Assembly: GCF_009914755.1 (NCBI RefSeq)
Contig: NC_060948.1
DNA length: 64,000 nucleotides
Reading direction: 5' to 3' (one strand)
Source of the DNA: the human T2T-CHM13v2.0 reference genome, Homo sapiens
The notes beneath the pieces were generated by a model. That model was not told where the DNA came from. It ran no database searches and was given only the letters and a program-made list of their open reading frames with translations. Made by a program: the position numbers and the translations under genes. Of the stretch, positions 1 through 14,210 are shown one piece after another (position 1 is the first letter of the stretch; each line of letters begins with the position of its first letter).

Positions 1-1524
1 CACGAATGCTCAAATTGAATGGACTCGAATGGAATGGAAACGAAAGGAATGTCATCGAATGGAATTGAATCGATTGGAATGAAATCGCATAGAATGGAGT
101 GGAATCAAATGGAATTGAATCGAAAGGAAAGGAAGCGAATGGACTGAAATGAAATGGAATGGAATTGAATGGAAAGTAATGCAATGGAATAGAATGGAAC
201 GAAATTTCACGGAATGGAATCAAACTGAATGGAATCAAATCAATGGAATCTAATCAAATGGAATGGAAAGGAATTGAATGGAGTAGATTGGATTGGATGG
301 GATTGGAATGAAATGTACTGGAAAGGACTCGAATTTCATGAAACGGAATGGAATGAATTGGAACGGAACGGACTCGAATGGAATGGAATGTCATGGAATG
401 GCATCAAATGGAATGGCATCAAATGGAATGGAATCGAATGCAATGGAATGCTATGGAATGGAATGGAATGCATTTTAATGGAATGTCCTCTAATGGAATG
501 GATTCGAGTGGAATGGAATCGAATATAATGGAGTCGAATGAAATGGAATTGAAAGGAATGGGATCGAATACAATGGAATATACTGGAATGTAATGTAATG
601 AACTCGAATGTAATTGACTGGAATGGAATGTACATGAATGGAATGTAATCGAATGGAAATTAATCCAATGGAATAGAATCTAATGCAATAAAATCGACTC
701 AGATAGAGTAGAATGTAATGGAATGGAGTGCAGTGCAATGGAATGGAATGGAATGGAATGCAATGGAATGGAATGGAATGGAATGGAATGGAATGGAATG
801 GTATGGAATGGTGTGGAATGGATAGTAATGGACTGGAGTGAAATGGACTGGAAAGGAATGGACTCAAATTGAAAGGGCTCGAAAGGAATGGAGTCAAATG
901 GAATGGTCTGGAATGGAATGAACACGAATGTAATGCAATCCAATAGAATGGAATCGAATGGCATGGAATATAAAGAAATGGAATCGAAGAGAATGGAAAC
1001 AAATGGAATGGAATTGAATGGAATGGAATTGAATGGAATGGGAACGAATGGAGTGAAATTGTATGCAGTAGAAGGGAATAGAATGGAATGCAAGCGAAAG
1101 GAAAGGAATGGATTGGAATGGAATGGAATTCATTGGAATGGAAGGGAATGTAGTGTAATGGACAGGCCTGGAATAAAGTGGAATGCTACGGTCTCGAATG
1201 GAATAAAAATGTATGGAATGGAATGCAATGAAACGGAATCGAATGTCATAGAATGTAATGGAATGCAAAAAAATGGAATCCAAAATCATTGACTGGAAAG
1301 GCTGGGTGTCGAAAGGAATTGACTGCAATGGAATGGAATCGAATGGAATGGAAGTGAATAGAATCGAACTAAATCGAATGGAATGGAATTGATAGGAACG
1401 GAATGGAAAGGAATGCAATGATTTGGCATGGAATGGAATCGAATGGCATCGAATGGAATGGAATGGAATGTATTAGAATGTAATGAACTTTAATGGAATG
1501 TACTCGAATGGATTCGACTGGAAT

Positions 1525-1539
1525 GGAATGTTCTGGAAG
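1525..1539. promoter_or_regulatory. Perfect heat-shock element motif HSE-1 (gGAAt gTTCt gGAAg); present at the same place in all 13 full DYZ1 units (e.g. 5069-5083)
   Basis: Exact match to the HSF consensus nGAAnnTTCnnGAAn. Motif is seen; function is inferred. Confidence 0.6.
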
Positions 1540-2830
1540 TGAATGGACTCCAATGGAATGGATTCAAAAGGAATGGAATCGTACGGAATGGAATCTAATG
1601 GAATGGAATTAAATGGAAATGAATCAAATTGAATAGCACGGAATTGAATTGAATGGAATCGAATGCAATGGAATCTAATGAAACGGAAAGGAAAGGAATG
1701 GAATGGAATGGAATGGGCTGGAATGGAAAGGAATCGAAACGAATGGAATGGAATCGAACTGAAGAGACTGGAATGGAATGCACTGGAATGGAAGGGAGTG
1801 TAATGGAAGGTTCTCAAGAAAAATGGAATCGAATGGAATGGAATTGAATGGAACGGAATAGAGTCGAATGGAATTGAATGGAATGGAATGGACTAGAGTG
1901 AAATGGAATCGAACCACAAGGAATGGAGAGGAATAGAATGGTCTCGAATTGAATGGAATCGTATGGAATGGCATCAAACGGAATGGAATGGACAGCCACG
2001 GAATGGAATGCACTCGAATGCAATGGAGTCGAAACTAATGGACTGGAATAGAATGGACTCGACTGGTACGGACTCCAATGGAATGGAATCGAATGGAAGG
2101 GAATCGAACGGAATGGACTCGAAGGGAAAAGACTGCAATGGAAAGGTCTCGAATGGAATGGAAATTAATGGAATGGAATGGAATCGAATGAAATGGAGTC
2201 AAAAGGAATGGAATCGAATGGCAAGAAATCGAATGTAATGGAATCGCAAGGAATTGATGTGAACGGAACGGAATGGAATGGAATCCAAAGGAATGGAATA
2301 GAATGGAATGGAATCGAATGGAAAGGACTCGAATGGAAATCACTCGAATAGAATGCAATTTAATAAAATAGGATCAAATGTAATGGAATGGAATGGAAAG
2401 GAATCGAAACGAAAGGAATGGAGACAGATGGAATGGAATGGAACAGAGAGCAATGGTATAGAAGGGAATGGAATCATCTGGAATGGAATTGAATGGAATG
2501 GAATAATATGAAATGGAATGGAATGGAATGGAATGGAATGCCCTTGAATTAAATGGACTGGAATGGAATGGACTCGAACAGAGTGGAATGGAAAGTGTTG
2601 AGATAGAATGGAATGGACTCCTTTGGAATGGTGTAGTATGCAATGCAATCGACTGGCAGGGAATCAAAAGGAATGTAATCGAATGGATTGGACTGGAATG
2701 CAATGGACTCGAATAGATTGGAAACGGAATGCAAAGGAATGGAATGGAATAGTATGGAATGGAATGGAAAGGAATGGAGTGGAATAGACTAGAGTGGAAT
2801 GGAATGGACTGGAAAGCAATGGACTGGAAT

Positions 2831-2845
2831 GGAACTTTCTTGAAT
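2831..2845. promoter_or_regulatory. Perfect heat-shock element motif HSE-3 (gGAAc tTTCt tGAAt); present in all 13 full units (e.g. 6375-6389)
   Basis: Exact match to nGAAnnTTCnnGAAn. Confidence 0.6.
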
Positions 2846-3529
2846 GGACTGGAATCAAACGGAATGGAATGCAATGCAATCAAATGGCATGGAATAAAAT
2901 AGAATGAAAGAGAATCAAATGGAATTGAATCGAATGGAATCGAATGGATTGGAAAGGAATAGAATGGAATGGAATGGAATGGACTAGAATGGAATGGATT
3001 CGAATGGAAGGCAAAGGAATGGAATCTATTGGAATGGACTGTAATGGAATGGAATGGAAGGGATTGGAATGGACTCGAATGGAATGGACTGCAATAGAAA
3101 GGATTCGAATGGAATGAAAAAGAATTGAATGGAATAGAACAGAATGGAATCAAATCGAATGAAATGGAATGGAATAGAAAGGAATGGAATGAAATGGAAT
3201 GGAAAGGATTCGAATGGAATGCAATCGAATGGAATGGAATCGAACGGAATGGAATAAAATGGAAGAAAACTGGCAAGAAATGGAATCGAAATGAATGGAG
3301 TGTTATGGAACGGACTCAAAAGGAATTGAATGTAATAGAATGGAGTGGAGTGGACTCGAATATAATGGACTGGAATGGAATGAAATCACATGGAATGGGA
3401 ACGAATGGAATGGAATGGAAAGGAATGGAATCGAATGGAAAGGAATCGAATGGAAGGGAATGAAATTGAATCAACAGGAATGGAAGGGAATAGAATAGAC
3501 GGTAATGGAATGGACTCGAATAGAATGGA

Positions 3530-6500
3530 CACGAATGCTCAAATTGAATGGACTCGAATGGAATGGAAACGAAAGGAATGTCATCGAATGGAATTGAATC
3601 GATTGGAATGAAATCGCATAGAATGGAGTGGAATCAAATGGAATTGAATCGAAAGGAAAGGAAGCGAATGGACTGAAATGAAATGGAATGGAATTGAATG
3701 GAAAGTAATGCAATGGAATAGAATGGAACGAAATTTCACGGAATGGAATCAAACTGAATGGAATCAAATCAATGGAATCTAATCAAATGGAATGGAAAGG
3801 AATTGAATGGAGTAGATTGGATTGGATGGGATTGGAATGAAATGTACTGGAAAGGACTCGAATTTCATGAAACGGAATGGAATGAATTGGAACGGAATGG
3901 ACTCGAATGGAATGGAATGTCATGGAATGGCATCAAATGGAATGGCATCAAATGGAATGGAATCGAATGCAATGGAATGCTATGGAATGGAATGGAATGC
4001 ATTGGAATGGAATGTCCTCTAATGGAATGGATTCGAGTGGAATGGAATCGAATATAATGGAGTCGAATGAAATGGAATTGAAAGGAATGGGATCGAATAC
4101 AATGGAATATACTGGAATGTAATGTAATGAACTCGAATGTAATTGACTGGAATGGAATGTACATGAATGGAATGTAATCGAATGGAAAGTAATCCAATGG
4201 AATAGAATCTAATGCAATAAAATCGACTCAGATAGAGTAGAAAGTAATGGAATGGAGTGCAGTGCAATGGAATGGAATGGAATGGAATGCAGTGGAATGG
4301 AATGGAATGGAATGGAATGGAATTGAATGGGATGGAATGGTATGGAATGGACAGTAATGGACTGGAGTGAAATGGACTGGAAAGGAATGGACTCAAATTG
4401 AAAGGGCTCGAAAGAAATGGAGACAAATGGAATGGTCTGGAATGGAATGAACACGAATGTAATGCAATCCAATAGAATGGAGTCGAATGGCTTGGAATAT
4501 AAAGAAATGGAATCGAAGAGAATGGAAACAAATGGAATGGAATTGAATGGAATGGAATTGAATGGAATGGGAACGAATGGAGTGAAATTGTATGCAGTAG
4601 AAGAGAATAGAATGGAATGCAAGCGAAAGGAAAGGAATGGATTGGAATGGAATGGAATTCATTGGAATGGAAGGGAATGTAGTGTAATGGACAGGCCTGG
4701 AATAAAGTGGAATGCTACGGTCTCGAATGGAATAAAAATGTATGGAATGGAATGCAATGAAACGGAATCGAATGTCATAGAATGTAATGGAATGCAACAA
4801 AATGGAATCCAAAATCATTGACTGGAAAGGCTGGGTGTCGAAAGGAATTGACTCCAATGGAATGGAATCGAATGGAATGGAAGTGAATAGAATGGAACTA
4901 AATCGAATGGAATGGAATTGATAGGAACGGAATGGAAAGGAATGCAATGATTTGGCATGGAATGGAATCGAATGGCATCGAATGGAATGGAATGGAATGC
5001 AATGGAATGGAATGTATTAGAATGTAATGAACTTTAATGGAATGTACTCGAATGGATTCGACTGGAATGGAATGTTCTGGAAGTGAATGGACTCCAATGG
5101 AATGGATTCAAAAGGAATGGTATCGTACGGAATGGAATCTAATGGAATGGAATTAAATGGAAATGAATCAAATTGAATAGCACGGAATTGAATTGAATGG
5201 AATGGAATGCAATGGAATCTAATGAAACGGAAAGGAAAGGAATGGAATGGAATGGAATGGGCTGGAATGGAAAGGAATCGAAACGAATGGAATGTAATCG
5301 AACTGAAGAGACTGGAATGGAATGCACTGGAATGGAAGGGAGTGTAATGGAAGGTTCTCGAAAAAAATGGAATCGAATGGAATGGAATTGAATGGAACGG
5401 AATAGAGTCGAATGGAATTGAATGGAATGGAATGGACTAGAGTGAAATGGAATCGAACCACAAGGAATGGAGAGGAATAGAATGGTCTCGAATTGAATGG
5501 AATCGTATGGAATGGCATCAAACGGAATGGAATGGACAGCCACGGAATGGAATGCACTCGAATGCAATGGAGTCGAAACTAATGGACTGGAATAGAATGA
5601 ACTCGACTGGTACGGACTCCAATGGAATGGAATCGAATGGAAGGGAATCGAACGGAATGGACTCGAAGGGAAAAGACTGCAATGGAAAGGTCTCGAATGG
5701 AATGGAAATTAATGGAATGGAATGGAATCGAATGAAATGGAGTCAAAAGGAATGGAATCGAATGGCAAGAAATCGAATGTAATGGAATCGCAAGGAATTG
5801 ATGTGAACGGAACGGAATGGAATGGAATCCAAAGGAATGGAATAGAATGGAATGGAATCGAATGGAAAGGACTCGAATGGAAATAACTCGAATAGAATGC
5901 AATTTAATAAAATAGGATCAAATGTAATGGAATGGAATGGAAAGGAATCGAAACGAAAGGAATGGAGACAGATGGAATGGAATAGAACAGAGAGCAATGG
6001 TATAGAATGGAATGGAATCATATGGAATGGAATTGAATGGAATGGAATAATATGAAATGGAATGGAATGGAATGGAATGGAATGCCCTTGAATTAAATGG
6101 ACTGGAATGGAATGGACTCGAACAGAGTGGAATGGAAAGTGTTGAGATAGAATGGAATGGACTCCTTTGGAATGGTGTAGTATGCAATGCAATCGACTGG
6201 CAGGGAATCAAAAGGAATGTAATGGAATGGACTGGACTGGAATGCAATGGACTCGAATAGATTGGAAACGGAATGCAAAGGAATGGAATGAAATAGTATG
6301 GAATGGAATGGAAAGGAATGGAGTGGAATAGACTAGAGTGGAATGGAATGGACTGGAAAGCAATGGACTGGAATGGAACTTTCTTGAATGGACTGGAATC
6401 AAACGGAATGGAATGCAATGCAATCAAATGGCATGGAATAAAATAGAATGAAAGAGAATCAAATGGAATTGAATCGAATGGAATCGAATGGATTGGAAAG

Positions 6501-7088
6501 GAATAGAATGGAATGGAATGGAATTGACTCAAATGGAATGGACTAGAATGGAATGTATTCGAATGGAAGGCAAAGGAATGGAATCTATTGGAATGGACTG
6601 TAATGGAATGGAATGGAAGGGATTGGAATGGACTCGAATGGAATGGACTGCAATAGAAAGGATTCGAATGGAATGAAAAAGAATTGAATGGAATAGAACA
6701 GAATGGAATCAAATCGAATGAAATGGAATGGAATAGAAAGGAATGGAATGAAATGGAATGGAAAGGATTCGAATGGAATGCAATCGAATGGAATGGAATC
6801 GAACGGAATGGAATAAAATGGAAGAAAACTGGCAAGAAATGGAATCGAAATGAATGGAGTGTTATGGAACGGACTCAAAAGGAATTGAATGTAATAGAAT
6901 GGAGTGGAGTGGACTCGAATATAATGGACTGGAATGGAATGAAATCACATGGAATGGGAACGAATGGAATGGAATGGAAAGGAATGGAATCGAATGGAAA
7001 GGAATCGAATGGAAGGGAATGAAATTGAATCAACAGGAATGGAAGGGAATAGAATAGACGGTAATGGAATGGACTCGAATAGAATGGA
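3530..7088 (+). repeat. DYZ1 unit 2 (3559 bp, type A)
   Basis: Landmark spacing; type-A alleles (GAATACAATGG, AAATCGACTC, ATTGGAAACGG). Confidence 0.9.
5349..5363. promoter_or_regulatory. Perfect heat-shock element motif HSE-2 (gGAAg gTTCt cGAAa); intact in units 2-13, disrupted in unit 1 (1805-1819)
   Basis: Exact match to nGAAnnTTCnnGAAn, 280 bp downstream of HSE-1. Confidence 0.6.
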
Positions 7089-10000
7089 CACGAATGCTCA
7101 AATTGAATGGACTCGAATTGAATGGAAACGAAAGGAATGTCATCGAATGGAATTGAATCGATTGGAATGAAATCGCATAGAATGGAGTGGAATCAAATGG
7201 AATTGAATCGAAAGGAAAGGAAGCGAATGGACTGAAATGAAATGGAATGGAATTGAATGGAAAGTAATGCAATGGAATAGAATGGAACGAAATTTCACGG
7301 AATGGAATCAAACTGAATGGAATCAAATCAATGGAATCTAATCAAATGGAATGGAAAGGAATTGAATGGAGTAGATTGGATTGGATGGGATTGGAATGAA
7401 ATGTACTGGAAAGGACTCGAATTTCATGAAACGGAATGGAATGAATTGGAACGGAATGGACTCGAATGGAATGGAATGTCATGGAATGGCATCAAATGGA
7501 ATGGCATCAAATGGAATGGAATCGAATGCAATGGAATGCTATGGAATGGAATGGAATGCATTGGAATGGAATGTCCTCTAATGGAATGGATTCGAGTGGA
7601 ATGGAATCGAATATAATGGAGTCGAATGAAATGGAATTGAAAGGAATGGGATCGAATAGAATGGAATATACTGAAATGTAATGTAATGAACTCGAATATA
7701 ATTGACTGGAATGGAATGTACATGAATGGAATGTAATCGAATGGAAAGTAATCCAATGGAATAGAATCTAATGCAATAAAACCGACTCAGATAGAGTAGA
7801 ATGTAATGGAATGGAGTGCAGTGCAATGGAATGGAATGGAATTGAATGCAATGGAATGGAATGGAATGGAATGGAATGGAATGGAATGGAATGGGATGGA
7901 ATGGTATGGAATGGATAGTAATGGACTGGAGTGAAATGGACTGGAAAGGAATGGACTCAAATTGAAAGGGCTCGAAAGGAATGGAGTCAAATGGAATGGT
8001 CTGGAATGGAATGAACACGAGTGTAATGCAATCCAATAGAATGGAAACGAATGACATGGAATATAAAGAAATGGAATCGAAGAGAATGGAAACAAAGGGA
8101 ATGGAATTGAATGGAATGGAATTGAATGGAATGGGAACGAATGGAGTGAAATTGTATGCAGTAGAAGGGAATAGAATGGAATGCAAGCGAAAGGAAAGGA
8201 ATGGATTGGAATGGAATGGAATTCATTGGAATGGAAGGGAATGTAGTGTAATGGACAGGCCTGGAATAAAGTGGAATGCTACGGTCTCGAATGGAATAAA
8301 AATGTATGGAATGGAATGCAATGAAACGGAATCGAATGTCATAGAATGTAATGGAATGCAACAAAATGGAATCCAAAATCATTGACTGGAAAGGCTGGGT
8401 GTCGAAAGGAATTGACTCCAATGGAATGGAATCGAATGGAATGGAAGTGAATAGAATCGAACTAAATCGAATGGAATGGAATTGATAGGAACGGAATGGA
8501 AAGGAATGCAATGATTTGGCATGGAATGGAATCGAATGGCATCGAATGGAATGGAATGGAATGCAATGGAATGGAATGTATTAGAATGTAATGAACTTTA
8601 ATGGAATGTACTCGAATGGATTCGACTGGAATGGAATGTTCTGGAAGTGAATGGACTCCAATGGAATGGATTCAAAGGAATGGAATCGTACGGAATGGAA
8701 TCTAATGGAATGGAATTAAATGGAAATGAATCAAATTGAATAGCACGGAATTGAATTGAATGGAATCGAATGCAATGGAATCTAATGAAACGGAAAGGAA
8801 AGGAATGCAATGGAATGGAATGGGCTGGAATGGAAAGGAATCGAAACGAATGGAATGGAATCGAAGTGAAGAGACTGGAATGGAATGCACTGGAATGGAA
8901 GGGAGTGTAATGGAAGGTTCTCGAAAAAAATGGAATCGAATGGAATGGAATTGAATGGAACGGAATAGAGTCGAATGGAATTGAATGGAATGGAATGGAC
9001 TAGAGTGAAATGGAATCGAACCACAAGGAATGGAGAGGAATAGAATGGTCTCGAATTGAATGGAATCGTATGGAATGGCATCAAACGGAATGGAATGGAC
9101 AGCCACGGAATGGAATGCACTCGAATGCAATGGAGTCGAAACTAATGGACTGGAATAGAATGGACTCGACTGGTACGGACTCCAATGGAAGGGAATCGAA
9201 TGGAAGGGAATCGAACGGAATGGACTCGAAGGGAAAAGACTGCAATGGAAAGGTCTCGAATGGAATGGAAATTAATGGAATGGAATGGAATCGAATGAAA
9301 TGGAGTCAAAAGGAATGGAATCGAATGGCAAGAAATCGAATGTAATGGAATCGCAAGGAATTGATGTGAGCGGAACGGAATGGAATGGAATCCAAAGGAA
9401 TGGAATAGAATGGAATGGAATCGAATGGAAAGGACTCGAATGGAAATCACTGGAATAGAATGCAATTTAATAAAATAGGATCAAATGTAATGGAATGGAA
9501 TGGAAAGGAATCGAAACGAAAGGAATGGAGACAGATGGAATGGAATAGAACAGAGAGCAATGGTATAGAATGGAATGGAATCATCTGGAATGGAATTGAA
9601 TGGAATGGAATAATATGAAATGGAATGGAATGGAATGGAATGGAATGCCCTTGAATTAAATGGACTGGAATGGAATGGACTCGAACAGAGTGGAATGGAA
9701 AGTGTTGAGATAGAATGGAATGGACTCGTTTGGAATGCTCTAGTATGCAATGCAATCGACTGGCAGGGAATCAAAAGGAATGTAATCGAATGGATTGGAC
9801 TGGAATGCAATGGACTCGAATAGATTGCAAACGGAATGCAAAGGAATGGAATGGAATAGTATGGAATGGAATGGAAAGGAATGGAGTGGAATAGACTAGA
9901 GTGGAATGGAATGGACTGGAAAGCAATGGACTGGAATGGAACTTTCTTGAATGGACTGGAATCAAACGGAATGGAATGCAATGCAATCAAATGGCATGGA

Positions 10001-10636
10001 ATAAAATAGAATGAAAGAGAATCAAATGGAATTGAATCGAATGGAATCGAATGGATTGGAAAGGAATAGAATGGAATGGAATGGAATTGACTCAAATGGA
10101 ATGGATTCGAATGGAAGGCAAAGGAATGGAATCTATTGGAATGGACTGTAATGGAATGGAATGGAAGGGATTGGAATGGACTCGAATGGAATGGACTGCA
10201 ATAGAAAGGATTCGAATGGAATGAAAAAGAATTGAATGGAATAGAACAGAATGGAATCAAATCGAATGAAATGGAATGGAATAGAAAGGAATGGAATGAA
10301 ATGGAATGGAAAGGATTCGAATGGAATGCAATCGAATGGAATGGAATCGAACGGAATGGAATAAAATGGAAGAAAACTGGCAAGAAATGGAATCGAAATG
10401 AATGGAGTGTTATGGAACGGACTCAAAAGGAATTGAATGTAATAGAATGGAGTGGAGTGGACTCGAATATAATGGACTGGAATGGAATGAAATCACATGG
10501 AATAGGAACGAATGGAATGGAATGGAAAGGAATGGAATCGAATGGAAAGGAATCGAATGGAAGGGAATGAAATTGAATCAACAGGAATGGAAGGGAATAG
10601 AATAGACGGTAATGGAATGGACTCGAATAGAATGGA
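7089..10636 (+). repeat. DYZ1 unit 3 (3548 bp, type B)
   Basis: Landmark spacing; type-B alleles; 1-bp deletion TTCAAAGG (~8675); 15-bp deletion ~10100. Confidence 0.9.
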
Positions 10637-13600
10637 CACGAATGCTCAAATTGAATGGACTCGAATGGAATGGAAACGAAAGGAATGTCATCGAATGGAA
10701 TTGAATCGATTGGAATGAAATCGCATAGAATGGAGTGGAATCAAATGGAATTGAATCGAAAGGAAAGGAAGCGAATGGACTGAAATGAAATGGAATGGAA
10801 TTGAATGGAAAGTAATGCAATGGAATAGAATGGAACGAAATTTCACGGAATGGAATCAAACTGAATGGAATCAAATCAATGGAATCTAATCAAATGGAAT
10901 GGAAAGGAATTGAATGGAGTAGATTGGATTGGATGGGATTGGAATGAAATGTACTGGAAAGGACTCGAATTTCATGAAACGGAATGGAATGAATTGGAAC
11001 GGAATGGACTCGAATGGAATGGAATGTCATGGAATGGCATCAAATGGAATGGCATCAAATGGAATGGAATCGAATGCAATGGAATGCTATGGAATGGAAT
11101 GGAATGCATTGGAATGGAATGTCCTCTAATGGAATGGATTCGAGTGGAATGGAATCGAATATAATGGAGTCGAATGAAATGGAATTGAAAGGAATGGGAT
11201 CGAATAGAATGGAATATACTGAAATGTAATGTAATGAACTCGAATATAATTGACTGGAATGGAATGTACATGAATGGAATGTAATCGAATGGAAAGTAAT
11301 CCAATGGAATAGAATCTAATGCAATAAAACCGACTCAGATAGAGTAGAATGTAATGGAATGGAGTGCAGTGCAATGGAATGGAATGGAATTGAATGCAAT
11401 GGAATGGAATGGAATGGAATGGAATGGAATGGAATGGAATGGAATGGAATGGGATGGAATGGTATGGAATGGATAGTAATGGACTGGAGTGAAATGGACT
11501 GGAAAGGAATGGACTCAAATTGAAAGGGCTCGAAAGGAATGGAGTCAAATGGAATGGTCTGGAATGGAATGAACACGAGTGTAATGCAATCCAATAGAAT
11601 GGAAACGAATGACATGGAATATAAAGAAATGGAATCGAAGAGAATGGAAACAAATGGAATGGAATTGAATGGAATGGAATTGAATGGAATGGGAACGAAT
11701 GGAGTGAAATTGTATGCAGTAGAAGGGAATAGAATGGAATGCAAGCGAAAGGAAAGGAATGGATTGGAATGGAATGGAATTCATTGGAATGGAAGGGAAT
11801 GTAGTGTAATGGACAGGCCTGGAATAAAGTGGAATGCTACGGTCTCGAATGGAATAAAAATGTATGGAATGGAATGCAATGAAACGGAATCGAATGTCAT
11901 AGAATGTAATGGAATGCAACAAAATGGAATCCAAAATCATTGACTGGAAAGGCTGGGTGTCGAAAGGAATTGACTCCAATGGAATGGAATCGAATGGAAT
12001 GGAAGTGAATAGAATGGAACTAAATCGAATGGAATGGAATTGATAGGAACGGAATGGAAAGGAATGCAATGATTTGGCATGGAATGGAATCGAATGGCAT
12101 CGAATGGAATGGAATGGAATGCAATGGAATGGAATGTATTAGAATGTAATGAACTTTAATGGAATGTACTCGAATGGATTCGACTGGAATGGAATGTTCT
12201 GGAAGTGAATGGACTCCAATGGAATGGATTCAAAAGGAATGGAATCGTACGGAATGGAATCTAATGGAATGGAATTAAATGGAAATGAATCAAATTGAAT
12301 AGCACGGAATTGAATTGAATGGAATCGAATGCAATGGAATCTAATGAAACGGAAAGGAAAGGAATGCAATGGAATGGAATGGGCTGGAATGGAAAGGAAT
12401 CAAAACGAATGGAATGGAATCGAACTGAAGAGACTGGAATGGAATGCACTGGAATGGAAGGGAGTGTAATGGAAGGTTCTCGAAAAAAATGGAATCGAAT
12501 GGAATGGAATTGAATGGAACGGAATAGAGTCGAATGGAATTGAATGGAATGGAATGGACTAGAGTGAAATGGAATCGAACCACAAGGAATGGAGAGGAAT
12601 AGAATGGTCTCGAATTGAATGGAATCGTATGGAATGGCATCAAACGGAATGGAATGGACAGCCACGGAATGGAATGCACTCGAATGCAATGGAGTCGAAA
12701 CTAATGGACTGGAATAGAATGGACTCGACTGGTACGGACTCCAATGGAAGGGAATCGAATGGAAGGGAATCGAACGGAATGGACTCGAAGGGAAAAGACT
12801 GCAATGGAAAGGTCTCGAATGGAATGGAAATTAATGGAATGGAATGGAATCGAATGAAATGGAGTCAAAAGGAATGGAATCGAATGGCAAGAAATCGAAT
12901 GTAATGGAATCGCAAAGAATTGATGTGAACGGAAGGGAATGGAATGGAATCCAAAGGAATGGAATAGAATGGAATGGAATCGAATGGAAAGGACTCGAAT
13001 GGAAATCACTGGAATAGAATGCAATTTAATAAAATAGGATCAAATGTAATGGAATGGAATGGAAAGGAATCGAAACGAAAGGAATGGAGACAGATGGAAT
13101 GGAATAGAACAGAGAGCAATGGTATAGAATGGAATGGAATCATCTGGAATGGAATTGAATGGAATGGAATAATATGAAATGGAATGGAATGGAATGGAAT
13201 GGAATGCCCTTGAATTAAATGGACTGGAATGGAATGGACTCGAACAGAGTGGAATGGAAAGTGTTGAGATAGAATGGAATGGACTCGTTTGGAATGGTCT
13301 AGTATGCAATGCAATCGACTGGCAGGGAATCAAAAGGAATGTAATCGAATGGATTGGACTGGAATGCAATGGACTCGAATAGATTGCAAACGGAATGCAA
13401 AGGAATGGAATGGAATAGTATGGAATGGAATGGAAAGGAATGGAGTGGAATAGACTAGAGTGGAATGGAATGGACTGGAAAGCAATGGACTGGAATGGAA
13501 CTTTCTTGAATGGACTGGAATCAAACGGAATGGAATGCAATGCAATCAAATGGCATGGAATAAAATAGAATGAAAGAGAATCAAATGGAATTGAATCGAA

Positions 13601-14210
13601 TGGAATCGAATGGATTGGAAAGGAATAGAATGGAATGGAATGGAATTGACTCAAATGGAATGGACTAGAATGGAATGGATTCGAATGGAAGGCAAAGGAA
13701 TGGAATCTATTGGAATGGACTGTAATGGAATGGAATGGAAGGGATTGGAATGGACTCGAATGGAATGGACTGCAATAGAAAGGATTCGAATGGAATGAAA
13801 AAGAATTGAATGGAATAGAACAGAATGGAATCAAATCGAATGAAATGGAATGGAATAGAAAGGAATGGAATGAAATGGAATGGAAAGGATTCGAATGGAA
13901 TGCAATCGAATGGAATGGAATCGAACGGAATGGAATAAAATGGAAGAAAACTGGCAAGAAATGGAATCGAAATGAATGGAGTGTTATGGAACGGACTCAA
14001 AAGGAATTGAATGTAATAGAATGGAGTGGAGTGGACTCGAATATAATGGACTGGAATGGAATGAAATCACATGGAATGGGAACGAATGGAATGGAATGGA
14101 AAGGAATGGAATCGAATGGAAAGGAATCGAATGGAAGGGAATGAAATTGAATCAACAGGAATGGAAGGGAATAGAATAGACGGTAATGGAATGGACTCGA
14201 ATAGAATGGA
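10637..14210 (+). repeat. DYZ1 unit 4 (3574 bp, type B)
   Basis: Landmark spacing; type-B alleles. Confidence 0.9.

Larger units (their letters stand above)
1..3529 (+). repeat. DYZ1 unit 1 (3529 bp, variant type A)
   Basis: Landmark-to-landmark distance; two 15-bp deletions relative to most units (~1465 and ~2975). Confidence 0.9.

Noticed and set aside
246-256. DUX4-like site GAATCTAATCA once per unit
   Set aside because: Mismatch at the first consensus base (TAATCTAATCA), lost in units 13-14, and easily produced by pentamer decay.
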